A DNA stretch of 64,000 bases from Deferribacterales bacterium (GCA_050251875.1 JBFWMA010000001.1:96001-160000); one strand, 5' to 3'; shown: positions 31,844 through 42,612, counted from the stretch's first letter. Translations and numbers: made by a program. The notes: generated by a model from the sequence alone, not told the origin.

Positions 31844-31871
31844 ATTCCCGGCGGGAAAAGGACAGGAAGAT

Positions 31872-32393
31872 ATGGAAAACATTTATCTGATCGGATTCAT
31901 GGGGACAGGAAAAAGCACAGTGGGCAGGATGATTGCTCAGGATCTTGGACTGAAATTTGTAGATACCGATAAAATGGTAGAAGATAAAACAGGCAAAGCT
32001 ATTCTGGATATTTTCGAGGAATCATCCGAAGAAGATTTCCGCAAGCTGGAGACCGAAGTTCTGAAAGAGATAACAGAAGAGAAGGGGATGATAGTCTCCA
32101 CCGGAGGCGGAATCGTTGTCACCAGAGGAAATCTGGAGCTGATGAAACAGTCCGGAGCGGTTTTCACCCTTATCGCTGACGCTCACACTATCCACGAAAG
32201 ACTGTCGCAGGACAACACCTGCAGACCGCTTCTGGAGGTTGAAAATCCTCTGGATGAAATCAAGAGACTTCTTTTCGAAAGAGCCGCTTTTTACATTAAT
32301 GCTCATCATATCATCGAGACGTCCGATATAACAGCTAGGGAAGCTGCCGATCAGATCATCTCTATACTTAAGAGTGAGGGCAGAATCTCTTAA
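31872..32393 (+). CDS. aroK: Shikimate kinase
   Basis: GFMGTGKS, STGGG and RPLL motifs. Confidence 0.95.
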   Translation: MENIYLIGFMGTGKSTVGRMIAQDLGLKFVDTDKMVEDKTGKAILDIFEESSEEDFRKLETEVLKEITEEKGMIVSTGGGIVVTRGNLELMKQSGAVFTLIADAHTIHERLSQDNTCRPLLEVENPLDEIKRLLFERAAFYINAHHIIETSDITAREAADQIISILKSEGRIS

Positions 32394-32417
32394 TTTGTAT
32401 CCGGGAGCGTCATCTTA

Positions 32418-33467
32418 ATGGGCAAGGTATTCGTTGATCTTAAAAAGCAGGTCGACTACTCCTATGAAATCACAATAGGCAGCGGATTTATAAGAGACTC
32501 TCTCGCCGTGTATATAGGCGAGGACTGCTTTTATATGGTAGACGACAAGGTGTTCAATCTTTACGAAAGCCTTTTTCCCGATGACCGTGTGCACAGGTTC
32601 AAGGCGGACGAACACAACAAGACCTATGAGTCTGTGGTGTCCGTTCTCGGCTTTCTTTTCCGCTGCGGAGCCAGACGTGACGGCAAGCTGATTCTTGTGG
32701 GCGGAGGCATCACGGGTGACGTGGGCGGTTTCGCCGCGGCTACATATATGCGGGGCATAGCTTTTGTTCAGGTGCCGACTACTCTTCTGTCCATGGTGGA
32801 TTCCAGCGTGGGCGGGAAAACCGGAATAAATTTTAAAGGCGCTAAGAACAATGTTGGGGCTTTCAGCCAGCCGAAGCAGGTTCTTATCGATATGGATTTT
32901 CTGAAAACTCTGCCGGACGATGAATATCTGAACGGAATGGCGGAGGTCATCAAATACGGCGTGGTGTATGACGCCGAATTCCTGGAATATCTCTATGAAA
33001 ACAAAGATAAACTTCTGGGCAGAGACACGGAGACGCTGGATTATGTCGTCACCTGCTGCTGCCGGATGAAAGCGGACGTGGTGAAAAAAGACGAAAAAGA
33101 GACAGGGGAGAGAGCCCTGCTTAATTTCGGTCATACATTCGCCCACGCCATAGAGACCGATTCTCACCACGAGGTCAAACACGGGTTCGCCGTGGCTGTC
33201 GGAATGTATCAGGAGACTGAGTTTGCCTATAAAAACAAGCTGGCGGATGAAAAAACCCTGAACGATGTGAAAAGAGTGCTGACAGCGTATGGTTTTCCCA
33301 TCACATACGATATCAGAGACAGAGAGGTTTTCTTCCACGCCATGACAGCGGACAAAAAGGCAGATAAAAAGGGTCTGACGCTGGCTATATCTCCTTCCAC
33401 AGGCACAGGAAAGCTGGTTAAAAATATCTCTATCGAAAAGATAATGGACTATTATTCTCAAATCTGA
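32418..33467 (+). CDS. aroB: 3-dehydroquinate synthase
   Basis: GGGITGD, PTTLLSMVDSSVGGKTG and LNFGHTFAHAIE motifs. Confidence 0.96.
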   Translation: MGKVFVDLKKQVDYSYEITIGSGFIRDSLAVYIGEDCFYMVDDKVFNLYESLFPDDRVHRFKADEHNKTYESVVSVLGFLFRCGARRDGKLILVGGGITGDVGGFAAATYMRGIAFVQVPTTLLSMVDSSVGGKTGINFKGAKNNVGAFSQPKQVLIDMDFLKTLPDDEYLNGMAEVIKYGVVYDAEFLEYLYENKDKLLGRDTETLDYVVTCCCRMKADVVKKDEKETGERALLNFGHTFAHAIETDSHHEVKHGFAVAVGMYQETEFAYKNKLADEKTLNDVKRVLTAYGFPITYDIRDREVFFHAMTADKKADKKGLTLAISPSTGTGKLVKNISIEKIMDYYSQI

Positions 33468-33543
33468 TTTAGGCACAGTCTCTTAGCCCTTATCAGCTTC
33501 TTATCCTTTGACTTTTTTTGATTTCAAGGTAACATATCGCTAT

Positions 33544-35610
33544 ATGGACGAGAAGATTAAAGCCAGATATCTTGGCGACATCGAATATTTTTCTGCAAAA
33601 CTGGAGCAGGACAAGGACTCAATGCTGTTCTTGCCCCTTGCCTCCGCATATATCAATCTGTCGCAGTATGATGACGCTGTTAATATCCTTTTATCCGGTC
33701 TGGATGCCCATCCGGACATGGGCATGGCAAAGACCATGCTGGCTCAGGCATATCTGGGGCTGGACCGCACGGAGGAGGCTAAGGGGCTTCTGACGGAGAT
33801 GCGTGTTCTGGATACCTCTAACTATCTGGCGGAAAAACTTCTCGGAAATATCTATAGAGCCGAATCAGAGCTGAAAAAAGCCGTAATCTGCTATAAAAAT
33901 GCGTACAGCATCGCTCCGGAGGACACCGGGCTGAAAAACCTCATAGAGGAACTGATCAGCGAAGCCGGGCTGGAGGGCGAGGATCTGTATGATGACAGAC
34001 CTATCGGACACGAGGACGAAGAGCTTTTGGAGACACTGGGTCAGGAGCTGGCGGACGAGGTCAGACAGGAGATAGGCGAGACGGACGAAAAAGTTGAGCA
34101 GGTGACGGAGGACGAGGTCAAACAGACCGTGGACGAGATCATCGGCACGGAGGAAGAAGCCTCCCTTGACGGTTTTGTTGATGAAGAGATTTCAGAAGAG
34201 CTGGTGGACGAGCTGGAAGAAGAGATGCTCGCCAGTCTTGATGACGATATAGTGCACACCGAAAGCATCATGGAAATTCCCGAAGAGAAGAGTGAAGAGG
34301 AAGAGGCGGATGATCTGCCCGCTGAGGACATCAGCGATATGGCGGCGGAACTGAGCGCCGACCTCGGTCTGGATGCGCCGGAGGCTGAGGAGACCGCTGA
34401 ACCTGATGCTGTTATTACCGATGATGATATAGCGGCTGTGGACGCTGAAGAAGAGACAGCGCCGGAGGAAATTCCGGAAGAGATAGAAATCGCGGCGGCA
34501 GAGCCCATAGAAGATGTGACCGCTGAAGAAGAGCAGGCTGATTTAGAAGAGCCTGATTTCGAACTGGCGGAGGAGAGCGGGGCGTCTGCTGATCTGGTTT
34601 TCTCCGGAGAACCCGAGCCCGAGGCAGAAGCGGATGCTGAAATTGATATGGTCTCTGAGCCTGAAGCAGAAGCAGAAGCAGAAGCAGAAGAGACAATCGG
34701 TTTTGCCGTGGAAAATATAGCCGAAGAGATTTCAGCGGAAATTACCGAAGATATGCCTGACGACATAACTGAAGAGATTTCCTGCTCTGATGAGGAACTG
34801 ACCGAAGAGGCTAGTGATATGCCTGAGATGGCGGAAGCTGTTACAGGTGAAATTCCTGAGATACCGGAGATTCAGGATACGGAGGCTGTTTCCGAACCGG
34901 AAGCGCAGGAACCTGAACCAGAGATTGCTGAGCCTGAAATAACTGAACCTGAGCTGGCTGAATCGGAGCTGGCTGAATCGGAGCTGGCTGAACCGGATGA
35001 GTCCGGATTATCCGAGTCTGAGATAGATATTACAGAGCCGGAGACGGACGAGGCAGATATGGCGCAGGCGGAAGAGATACCTGCCGAAGATATAGTAATA
35101 GACGAAGAACCGGAAGAAGAGGCTGTCATCGCAGAGGAGATAGTCGCTCCGGATGCTCATGCAGAGCCTGTGGTGCTGGATGTGGCGGCTTATGAGCCTG
35201 ACGGGGATGAGCTGAAACAGGACGCCGAAGAGCTGAAACAGGACGCCGAAGAGCTGAAAGAAGAACTGGCGGATATTCCGGAGATGACTGAAGGGGTAGC
35301 GCCGGAGACCGTTTCTGAGCCGGAAGAGCCGTATATGATGTCCGAAGAGGACGAAAAGATAATCTCAGACACCAAAGATGAGCTGACAAAAGAAGATAAA
35401 CTGAACGAGGAACTGGCTATCCTCTTTGCCATGGAAGAGCTGGAAGAGAAGGCAAAAGAGGGTAAAATATATGAATGTATGAACACTGACGCAGGTGATG
35501 AGCTGGCGGATGTGAAAAGCAGATATCCGGAAGGGCTGGATAAGACAACGTATGAACAGGTGAACAGGCTTGAAAACCTATTGGAGATTATAAAAAATAA
35601 CTCAAAATAA
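33544..35610 (+). CDS. TPR protein with a very long acidic low-complexity linker
   Basis: N-terminal TPR-like helices (about 140 aa), about 500 aa rich in E/D/A/P, and a short C-terminal amphipathic helix. Start moved to ATG 33544. Confidence 0.8.
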   Translation: MDEKIKARYLGDIEYFSAKLEQDKDSMLFLPLASAYINLSQYDDAVNILLSGLDAHPDMGMAKTMLAQAYLGLDRTEEAKGLLTEMRVLDTSNYLAEKLLGNIYRAESELKKAVICYKNAYSIAPEDTGLKNLIEELISEAGLEGEDLYDDRPIGHEDEELLETLGQELADEVRQEIGETDEKVEQVTEDEVKQTVDEIIGTEEEASLDGFVDEEISEELVDELEEEMLASLDDDIVHTESIMEIPEEKSEEEEADDLPAEDISDMAAELSADLGLDAPEAEETAEPDAVITDDDIAAVDAEEETAPEEIPEEIEIAAAEPIEDVTAEEEQADLEEPDFELAEESGASADLVFSGEPEPEAEADAEIDMVSEPEAEAEAEAEETIGFAVENIAEEISAEITEDMPDDITEEISCSDEELTEEASDMPEMAEAVTGEIPEIPEIQDTEAVSEPEAQEPEPEIAEPEITEPELAESELAESELAEPDESGLSESEIDITEPETDEADMAQAEEIPAEDIVIDEEPEEEAVIAEEIVAPDAHAEPVVLDVAAYEPDGDELKQDAEELKQDAEELKEELADIPEMTEGVAPETVSEPEEPYMMSEEDEKIISDTKDELTKEDKLNEELAILFAMEELEEKAKEGKIYECMNTDAGDELADVKSRYPEGLDKTTYEQVNRLENLLEIIKNNSK
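34663..34690 (+). repeat. In-frame tandem repeat (GAAGCA)x4+
   Basis: Encodes EAEAEAEAE. Confidence 0.85.
34921..34995 (+). repeat. In-frame 15-bp tandem repeat x5
   Basis: GAGCTGGCTGAATCG x2 exact plus three degenerate units (EIAEP, EITEP, ELAES, ELAES, ELAEP). Confidence 0.85.
35209..35259 (+). repeat. In-frame 21-bp tandem repeat x2.4
   Basis: GAGCTGAAACAGGACGCCGAA exact x2 plus a partial unit (ELKQDAE). Confidence 0.9.
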
Positions 35611-35686
35611 ATTTATTACATGCTGATTGTGCTCAAATTGCTGGATTAAAGCAATTTTTCGGTTATAATTGCACAAGTTAACTTAA

Positions 35687-36124
35687 ATGGAGAGCTTAGA
35701 AGTGAAAGTCCTAGTTATCAACGGTCCTAACCTCAACATGCTTGGGAGAAGGGAAAAGAGTATTTACGGAGATATGAACCTCGACAGCATCAACAACATG
35801 CTGACCGCAAAAGCGGACGGCAGATGCGATCTGGAATTTTTTCAGAGCAACCACGAGGGAGACATTGTCGACATGATACAGAGAACCGATGCCGACGGGA
35901 TCATTCTTAACGCCGGAGCCTACACTCACACCAGCATAGCCATCAGAGACAGTCTGCTGGCGGCGTCTGTGGAGTTCGTGGAAGTGCATCTGTCCAATGT
36001 ATATGCCAGAGAGGATTTCAGACATCATTCCTACCTGTCGGACATAGCAAAAGGCGTTATCGCCGGATTCGGCGCCGACTCATACCTTCTCGCTCTGGAA
36101 TTTTTCTTAAGGAAATCTGCTTGA
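35687..36124 (+). CDS. aroQ: Type II 3-dehydroquinate dehydratase
   Basis: NGPNLNMLG.RE..IYG, QSNHEG and EVHLSN..ARE.FR motifs. Confidence 0.96.
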   Translation: MESLEVKVLVINGPNLNMLGRREKSIYGDMNLDSINNMLTAKADGRCDLEFFQSNHEGDIVDMIQRTDADGIILNAGAYTHTSIAIRDSLLAASVEFVEVHLSNVYAREDFRHHSYLSDIAKGVIAGFGADSYLLALEFFLRKSA

Positions 36125-37176
36125 ACTCACGCATCCTGAAACTGCGGGGGCTGATGAGACAGAACGGCGTTGGGTGTCTTTTTGTCACCTCGATGTCCGA
36201 CATATATTATCTGACCGGATTCACCGGAAGCACCGCGTTTCTCTTTGTCACAGGGACAGAGGCGCTCTTTCTGACTGACGGCAGATATGAAGAGCAGGTG
36301 AAAGAGGAGCTGACCGAAGGCATAGAAGCCGAGATAGTGAAGAACTATCAGGAATCTCTTCAGGCGTGCGCCGGAAAATATAAAGATATCACGGTGACAT
36401 ACTCCTGCGGGCTTTACGAATATGAGATGATAAAAGACCACGCCGAGAAAACAGGCGTGGATAAAAATAATATGATAAGCGCACTGCGCATGGTGAAGGA
36501 CGAGAGCGAACTCGCCCTGATCCGTGATATGTACAGAGCGGCGCACACAGGTTTTGTGAACGCTTTTCCGTCTTTCGTCTCCGGAGTCACAGAAGACTTC
36601 TGGGCGGCTGAGCTGGAAAAACAGATGAAGCTGGCGGGCGCCAAAACCCCGTCTTTCGAGACTATCACGGCTTCCGGATACAGAGGAGCCATGCCCCACG
36701 GAGCCGCCAGCCGGAAGGTGGTGGAAAAGAATGACGCCGTGGTGCTGGACTATGGATGCAGACTGAGCTATTGCAGTGACGTTACCCGTCTGATAATAGC
36801 CGGAGAGAATGAAAAAGCGGAAATGATAGCGGATATAGTCTATTCCGCTCTGAAAAAAGCGTCAGACGCCGTGCGTCCCGGCGCTGTCTGCTGTGATATA
36901 GACAAAATAGCCAGACACTATATAGAGTCGAAAGGTTTTGGGAAATATTTTAACCACAGTTTAGGACACGGCGTGGGGATTGACGTTCACGAGAAACCCA
37001 CTCTGAATTCCAGAGACACGACTGTGCTGGAACCCGGGATGGTGGTAACCATCGAGCCGGGTATCTATCTGCCCGGAGAGCTGGGCGTAAGGCTGGAAGA
37101 TACGGTCGCTGTGACAGATTCCGGATTCGAGAATCTGGCGGCGGTCTTCGATAAATATGTATACAAAAGTAAATGA
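36121..37176 (+). CDS. Xaa-Pro aminopeptidase (M24)
   Basis: YLTGFTGS, TDGRY, HSLGHGVGIDVHE, TIEPGIY and GVRLED motifs. Confidence 0.93.
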   Translation: MNSRILKLRGLMRQNGVGCLFVTSMSDIYYLTGFTGSTAFLFVTGTEALFLTDGRYEEQVKEELTEGIEAEIVKNYQESLQACAGKYKDITVTYSCGLYEYEMIKDHAEKTGVDKNNMISALRMVKDESELALIRDMYRAAHTGFVNAFPSFVSGVTEDFWAAELEKQMKLAGAKTPSFETITASGYRGAMPHGAASRKVVEKNDAVVLDYGCRLSYCSDVTRLIIAGENEKAEMIADIVYSALKKASDAVRPGAVCCDIDKIARHYIESKGFGKYFNHSLGHGVGIDVHEKPTLNSRDTTVLEPGMVVTIEPGIYLPGELGVRLEDTVAVTDSGFENLAAVFDKYVYKSK

Positions 37177-37188
37177 GGTGTTTTTTTT

Positions 37189-37764
37189 ATGAGCGTGATT
37201 ACTCCCAACCAGTTTAAAAGAGGAGCAAAAATTGAACTTGACGGCGAACCTTATGCAGTCGTCGAGTATCTACATATTAAATGTGGAAGAGGCGGCGCCA
37301 CCGTCAGAACAAAAGTAAAAAGCCTGCGCACCGGAGCTGTTATCGAAAGAACCTTCAAATCAGACGAAAAGCTCAAACAGCCTGATTTCGAAGAGAAGCA
37401 GATGCAGTACCTATACAGCGACGGCGAAAAGTTTTATTTCATGGATACAGAGAGCTATGAGCAGATAGAGATAGCGTCAGACGGTGTCGGCGATTCCTAC
37501 CTGTTCATGCCCGAAAATATTAATGTGAACGTGCAGGTTTTTAACGGTCAGCCCATCGGCATCGACCTGCCTAACTTCGTGGAGCTCGAAGTGACAGCCA
37601 CAGACCCCGGTCTGAAAGGCGACACAGTGAGCGGCGGCAGCAAACCCGCCACAATATCCACAGGGGGCACTGTGAACGTTCCTCTTTTCATCAACATAGG
37701 CGATGTGCTCAAAATAGATACAAGAGAGCAGACCTATATAGAAAGAGTCAGAACCGCCAAATAA
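37189..37764 (+). CDS. efp: Elongation factor P
   Basis: MQYLY, FMD.ESYEQ, PGLKGDT..GG.KPA and VPLFI motifs; tip loop KCGRGG. Confidence 0.96.
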   Translation: MSVITPNQFKRGAKIELDGEPYAVVEYLHIKCGRGGATVRTKVKSLRTGAVIERTFKSDEKLKQPDFEEKQMQYLYSDGEKFYFMDTESYEQIEIASDGVGDSYLFMPENINVNVQVFNGQPIGIDLPNFVELEVTATDPGLKGDTVSGGSKPATISTGGTVNVPLFINIGDVLKIDTREQTYIERVRTAK

Positions 37765-37777
37765 AGGAGGGTGGAAA

Positions 37778-38251
37778 ATGGACATCAAAGAGATTAAAGA
37801 GCTTATTAAATTTATCGAAAAATCAGACATCAAAGAATTTCAGTACGAAAACGACAGCGAAAGCCTTTATATATCAAAAAACGGCGATGTGCCGATCTAT
37901 ACACAGCAGGCAGCGCCTCAGATGCAGTACGCTCCCGCTATGGCTCCCGCCGCTCCCGCTATCGCAGGACACGCGGAAGCTGTGACAGTGACAGCCGCTC
38001 CGGCTGTTTCCGGAACAGAAGTGAAGTCGCCCATCGTGGGAACATTCTATGAGGCTCCGTCACCCGGCGCCGCGGCGTTTGTCGCTGAAGGCGACACAGT
38101 GAAAGCCGGACAGACTCTCTGCATAGTGGAAGCTATGAAGATTATGAACGAGATCGAGGCGGAGTTCGACTGTATTATAAAGAAAAGAGTTGCCATGAAC
38201 GGAAAACCTGTGGAGTTCGGCGAAACAATCTTTGTAGTTGAACCCATCTAA
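37778..38251 (+). CDS. accB: Biotin carboxyl carrier protein
   Basis: SPIVGTFY, EAMK biotinylation motif and an Ala/Pro linker. Confidence 0.96.
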   Translation: MDIKEIKELIKFIEKSDIKEFQYENDSESLYISKNGDVPIYTQQAAPQMQYAPAMAPAAPAIAGHAEAVTVTAAPAVSGTEVKSPIVGTFYEAPSPGAAAFVAEGDTVKAGQTLCIVEAMKIMNEIEAEFDCIIKKRVAMNGKPVEFGETIFVVEPI

Positions 38252-38260
38252 GGGGGACTC

Positions 38261-39598
38261 ATGTTCAATAAGGTACTGATAGCCAACAGGGGCGAGATCG
38301 CCCTTAGAATAATTAGAGCCTGCAAGGAGCTGAATGTTAAGACCGTGGCGGTGTATTCAGACGTGGACAGAGACAGTCTGCACGTTGCCATGGCTGATGA
38401 GGCTGTTTGCATAGGACCTGCTCAGTCCAGAGCGAGCTATCTGAATGTGAAAAGCATCATAGCGGCGGCAGAGATTGCCGATGTGGACGCTATACACCCC
38501 GGATACGGATTTCTGGCTGAAAATGAAGACTTTGCGGCGATATGCGAGGAGTGCGGTTTCAAATTTATCGGACCCAGCGCCAAGCACATAGCCATGATGG
38601 GAAATAAATCCGCTGCTAAAGACGCCATGAAGAAATTCGGCGTGCCGGTTGTTCCCGGGTCAGAAGGCTCCGTTGCCACTGCTAAAGAAGGTCTGGAGAT
38701 AGCCAAGAAGATCGGCTTCCCCGTTATTATCAAGGCGGCGGCAGGCGGCGGCGGAAAGGGCATGAGAGAGGCTCACAACGAAATGAGCTTTATGAACGCC
38801 TTTGAAATGGCCAGAGCGGAAGGGGCTAACGCCTTCGGATCAGATGAAGTTTACATCGAAAAATTTATCGTTGACCCCAGACACGTTGAGATTCAGGTAT
38901 TCGGAGACGGTAAGGGAAAAGGACTCCACTTCTATGAGAGGGAGTGTTCCATCCAGCGCCGCCACCAGAAACTTCTGGAAGAAGCGCCCAGCACCGGCAT
39001 CAGTGAAGCCACCAGAAAGAAAATGGGCGAAACATCCGTGCGGGCTGTGGAGTCTCTGGGATATGAAAACGCCGGAACGATAGAATACCTTGTGGACAGG
39101 GATGAAAATTTCTATTTTATGGAGATGAACACCCGTATTCAGGTGGAACACCCCGTAACCGAGATGATGACTAACATCGACCTGCTTCAGCTCCAGCTGA
39201 GAGTAGCGGCGGGCGAGGGAATGAACCTGAACCAGGAAGACATACGCATAGTCGGACACGCCATAGAGTGCAGGATAAACGCCGAAGACCCCGAGTCTTT
39301 CCGTCCCTGCCCCGGAACCATCACCGGATATAACACTCCCGGAGGTTTCGGCACCAGAGTGGATTCCGCTTGCTATGACGGATATACAGTTCTGCCATAT
39401 TACGACAGCATGATTGCCAAGCTGATCGTGTTCGGAAAGAACAGAGAAATGGCGATAGCCAGAATGAAAAGAGCCCTGGACGAATTCGTTGTGGAAGGCA
39501 TCAAAACCTCTATTCCTCTGCATAAGAGGATTCTGGAACACCACGCATTCAGCAAAGGGGACATAAGCACAGCCTTTATCGAAAGGTATTTTGGATGA
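38261..39598 (+). CDS. accC: Biotin carboxylase
   Basis: [23 protein letters not shown] and [14 protein letters not shown] motifs. Confidence 0.97.
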   Translation: MFNKVLIANRGEIALRIIRACKELNVKTVAVYSDVDRDSLHVAMADEAVCIGPAQSRASYLNVKSIIAAAEIADVDAIHPGYGFLAENEDFAAICEECGFKFIGPSAKHIAMMGNKSAAKDAMKKFGVPVVPGSEGSVATAKEGLEIAKKIGFPVIIKAAAGGGGKGMREAHNEMSFMNAFEMARAEGANAFGSDEVYIEKFIVDPRHVEIQVFGDGKGKGLHFYERECSIQRRHQKLLEEAPSTGISEATRKKMGETSVRAVESLGYENAGTIEYLVDRDENFYFMEMNTRIQVEHPVTEMMTNIDLLQLQLRVAAGEGMNLNQEDIRIVGHAIECRINAEDPESFRPCPGTITGYNTPGGFGTRVDSACYDGYTVLPYYDSMIAKLIVFGKNREMAIARMKRALDEFVVEGIKTSIPLHKRILEHHAFSKGDISTAFIERYFG

Positions 39599-41184
39599 AA
39601 AACCGCCTTTATGTCATAATTGCGTTTCTGCTGGTAACCTCGCTGGTTTCAGCGTCAGAAGAGATATCAAACCCTCAGATAGACTCGCTCTATCTGAGGG
39701 CATCGCTTTATGACTATGAGGGAAACTTTCAAGAAGCCGCTGATATCTATGAGAATATTCTTCAGATAACAGACAGCGAGTTCGTATATGGCAAGCTGGC
39801 TGAGGACTATGCCAGACTGAACGATGTTCAGTCCATGAAGCTGACTCTGGAGAGGGGACTCAGAAAGAATCCCGACTCCGTGATCCTCACCGGACTGCTC
39901 GCCGATCTTTACAGATTCAACAAAGACACTCTCCAGAAATCATACGAAATGTATAACAAGGCGTATGAGATGTCCAAAGACACATCATATCTCTTCGGGC
40001 TGGCTCTGGCGTATACATCCGCAGAAGACTACAACAACGCCATCAATGTCTATGACAGGCTGGTCGCTCTGGACAAAAGATCAGAATATTATCTGAACAG
40101 AGGGCGTGTGTATGAAAAGCTGGGGCTGGAGAAAGAGAGCGTTGAGGATTTCAAAGCCGCTGTGGAGCTGGACAGCAACTTTTCCGCCGCTTCACGTCTG
40201 GCTGACTATTATCTGAAAAAAGACGATGCTGAAAATTCTATAAAATATCTGAAGATAATGCTTCAGGACAATCCGGACAACATACTGGCAAAATTCCGCA
40301 TGGCGGAGGTTCTGAAGAGGGTGGGGAATAATGATGACGCCTACAAGTTTTATGAGGCGCTGACATCATCTCTCACCGGAAACGAGCTGGCTTATGTTCT
40401 GAAACAGCTCGCCACCATGAGCTATGCCAAACACGACTATGAGAAGGCGTACGGATATTTCGTCAGAGCCTATGAGCTGGACAGCGACACCAGAAACGCC
40501 TATTCCGCCGCTATTCTGGCGGAAGGAATGAAAGACAACGAAAAGGCGAAGGGATGGTATCTGAAGATACTGGAACTGACGCCGGACTTCGCAGACGCCA
40601 GAAAGCGTCTGGCTATAATCTATCTGAAACAGGAAAAACCGGATGACGCCATAAAAACCCTGAGCGGGCTGGACAGCACCTATATGGATGTGGAATATTA
40701 CCGCATCACGGCGGAGGCTTACAGCATGAAGCAGGACTATGCCAACGCAGAAAAGGTTCTGAAAGAGGCGCTTCTGGTTAATGAGCGTGACAGCAAGCTG
40801 AGGCTGGATCTTGCCGTGCTCTATGATGAGATAAACAAAAGGGATCTGGCGGTGGCTCTGGTGAAAGAGGGGCTTAAGCTGGAACCGGACAACGAATCTT
40901 ATCTCAATTTCGTGGGGTATACCTATGCCGACATGGGCATCAACCTGAAAGAGGCGAAATCCATGATAAAAAAGGCTCTGGAGAAAAGACCTCAGGAACC
41001 GGCTTATCTGGACAGCATGGGCTGGGTGCTCTACAAGCTGGGCAGATACAAAGACGCTTACGATTATCAGAAAAAAGCTCTGAAACTGGCTCCGGATGTA
41101 GCTGAACTTCAGGATCACATGAAGTCCATCATGCAGAAGCTGGGAATCAGAAAAAGTATAGATGATGTTATTAAAGAAGATTAG
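39595..41184 (+). CDS. Exported tetratricopeptide repeat protein
   Basis: Signal peptide and many TPRs; C-terminal [10 protein letters not shown]...[12 protein letters not shown] typical of the TPR gene preceding lolB-ispE. Confidence 0.85.
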   Translation: MKNRLYVIIAFLLVTSLVSASEEISNPQIDSLYLRASLYDYEGNFQEAADIYENILQITDSEFVYGKLAEDYARLNDVQSMKLTLERGLRKNPDSVILTGLLADLYRFNKDTLQKSYEMYNKAYEMSKDTSYLFGLALAYTSAEDYNNAINVYDRLVALDKRSEYYLNRGRVYEKLGLEKESVEDFKAAVELDSNFSAASRLADYYLKKDDAENSIKYLKIMLQDNPDNILAKFRMAEVLKRVGNNDDAYKFYEALTSSLTGNELAYVLKQLATMSYAKHDYEKAYGYFVRAYELDSDTRNAYSAAILAEGMKDNEKAKGWYLKILELTPDFADARKRLAIIYLKQEKPDDAIKTLSGLDSTYMDVEYYRITAEAYSMKQDYANAEKVLKEALLVNERDSKLRLDLAVLYDEINKRDLAVALVKEGLKLEPDNESYLNFVGYTYADMGINLKEAKSMIKKALEKRPQEPAYLDSMGWVLYKLGRYKDAYDYQKKALKLAPDVAELQDHMKSIMQKLGIRKSIDDVIKED

Positions 41185-41761
41185 TCTTTTACTGCTGATA
41201 TTTCTCATAATATCCTGCGTTCCGAAAGCCAGGATAGCCACCATCGACAAAGACACTCTCTCCAGAATCTTTGCCAACAATACCCAGATATGCTCATATA
41301 AAGGCAAAATAGTTATCAGATATCAGGACGAGCGTAACGACATCAGCCTGAAAGGATATCTGGATAAGGCGTGCAATAAGGATTTTCATCTGGTGGTGCT
41401 GGGACCTCTCAACATCGTTATGGCGGATATAACCTATAAAGACGGAGCCGTGACCGCTGACAAGAACGGAGAGGACATCAGCCTGTTTGCGTCATATATT
41501 ATGAAGGCGAAAAACGTGGACGCCACAGTGGAACTGATCCGCTATCCGTTCGTAGAGGTGGACGACACATATACACTGAGCGCCGAGGGCGGAAACTTCA
41601 TCCTGAAAAAAGACGACATCACGGTGAAGACGGACGCCGACTGCTACATAACCGAGATAACAGACGGGCGCAGAAAATTTACATATGAGTATGAGAACAA
41701 CAAAATATACAATATATATTATGAATACAAAGACCAAAGGATAAAAATAGGACTGAGATGA
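41162..41761 (+). CDS. Lipoprotein, candidate LolB-like
   Basis: Lipobox IISC; beta-rich, 199 aa; LGPL motif; located between the TPR gene and ispE. Confidence 0.55.
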   Translation: MMLLKKISLLLLIFLIISCVPKARIATIDKDTLSRIFANNTQICSYKGKIVIRYQDERNDISLKGYLDKACNKDFHLVVLGPLNIVMADITYKDGAVTADKNGEDISLFASYIMKAKNVDATVELIRYPFVEVDDTYTLSAEGGNFILKKDDITVKTDADCYITEITDGRRKFTYEYENNKIYNIYYEYKDQRIKIGLR

Positions 41762-42600
41762 ATTCAATAACCCTGAAAAGCTATGGCAAGATAAATATCT
41801 TCCTGCATGTTCTGGGAAAAAGACGGGACGGATTTCACGAACTTTACACGCTGTTCACCAGAATAGACACATACGACACAATCACAGTTGAGAGATCGGA
41901 CAGATTCAGAATAACCTGCTCTAACCCCGAGATACCCACAGATCACAAGAACATAATCAGCAGAGTGCATAATATCCTCAGAGAGAACCACAGGATTCCT
42001 CAGGATTTCAGCGTTCATATCGAAAAGAGGATACCGGACGGCGGCGGACTGGGGGGCGGAAGCTCCAACGGAGCGGCGTATCTGAAGGCTGTGCTGGCGC
42101 TGACAAAGAACGATATGCCCATAGAAACCCAGACGGACGTCATGGCGGCGGTGGGTTCGGACACGGCATTTTTTCTGTATGACGAGCCGATGACAGGCGA
42201 GGGCAGGGGCGAGAAGCTGACGCCTTACGGAAAACTGCCCGAGGCTTATGTGCTTCTGGTTAATCCGGATACCCATGTATCCACGGCAGAAGTTTTCCGA
42301 AGCGGAAAATTAACGTTGACTGATAGAGCAGAAGTTAATAAAATTCGGCACGCAGAAACATTTGAAGACTATGGAGAGATTCTTTTCAACGGGCTGGAGA
42401 GCGCTGTTCTCCCTATCTATCCTGTTGTGGCGGAAGCAAAAAGAGCTCTTCTGGATTCCGGTGCCGACTATGCTCTGATGAGCGGAAGCGGCGCTACTGT
42501 TTTCGGTCTGTTCAGAAACAAAACAGGGGCGGAGAACGCCCAAATAAATATATCTCAGAAATATCCGCGCTGGCGCTGTTTTCTGACACATATAATATAA
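41758..42600 (+). CDS. ispE: 4-(cytidine 5'-diphospho)-2-C-methyl-D-erythritol kinase
   Basis: KINIFL, R.DGFHEL, KRIP.GGGLGGGSS and MSGSG motifs. Confidence 0.96.
   Translation: MNSITLKSYGKINIFLHVLGKRRDGFHELYTLFTRIDTYDTITVERSDRFRITCSNPEIPTDHKNIISRVHNILRENHRIPQDFSVHIEKRIPDGGGLGGGSSNGAAYLKAVLALTKNDMPIETQTDVMAAVGSDTAFFLYDEPMTGEGRGEKLTPYGKLPEAYVLLVNPDTHVSTAEVFRSGKLTLTDRAEVNKIRHAETFEDYGEILFNGLESAVLPIYPVVAEAKRALLDSGADYALMSGSGATVFGLFRNKTGAENAQINISQKYPRWRCFLTHII
42316..42344 (+). promoter_or_regulatory. Putative internal sigma70 promoter inside ispE driving prs-pth
   Basis: TTGACT-17 nt-TAAAAT in a locally AT-rich patch of ispE. Confidence 0.55.
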
Positions 42601-42612
42601 GGAGCATACAGA

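Noticed and set aside
34041..34766. Ser-rich antisense ORFs
   Set aside because: Mirror of the Glu-rich codons of the sense gene.
34663..35259. Repeats that might suggest a CRISPR array
   Set aside because: They are contiguous in-frame coding repeats without unique spacers, and there are no cas genes.
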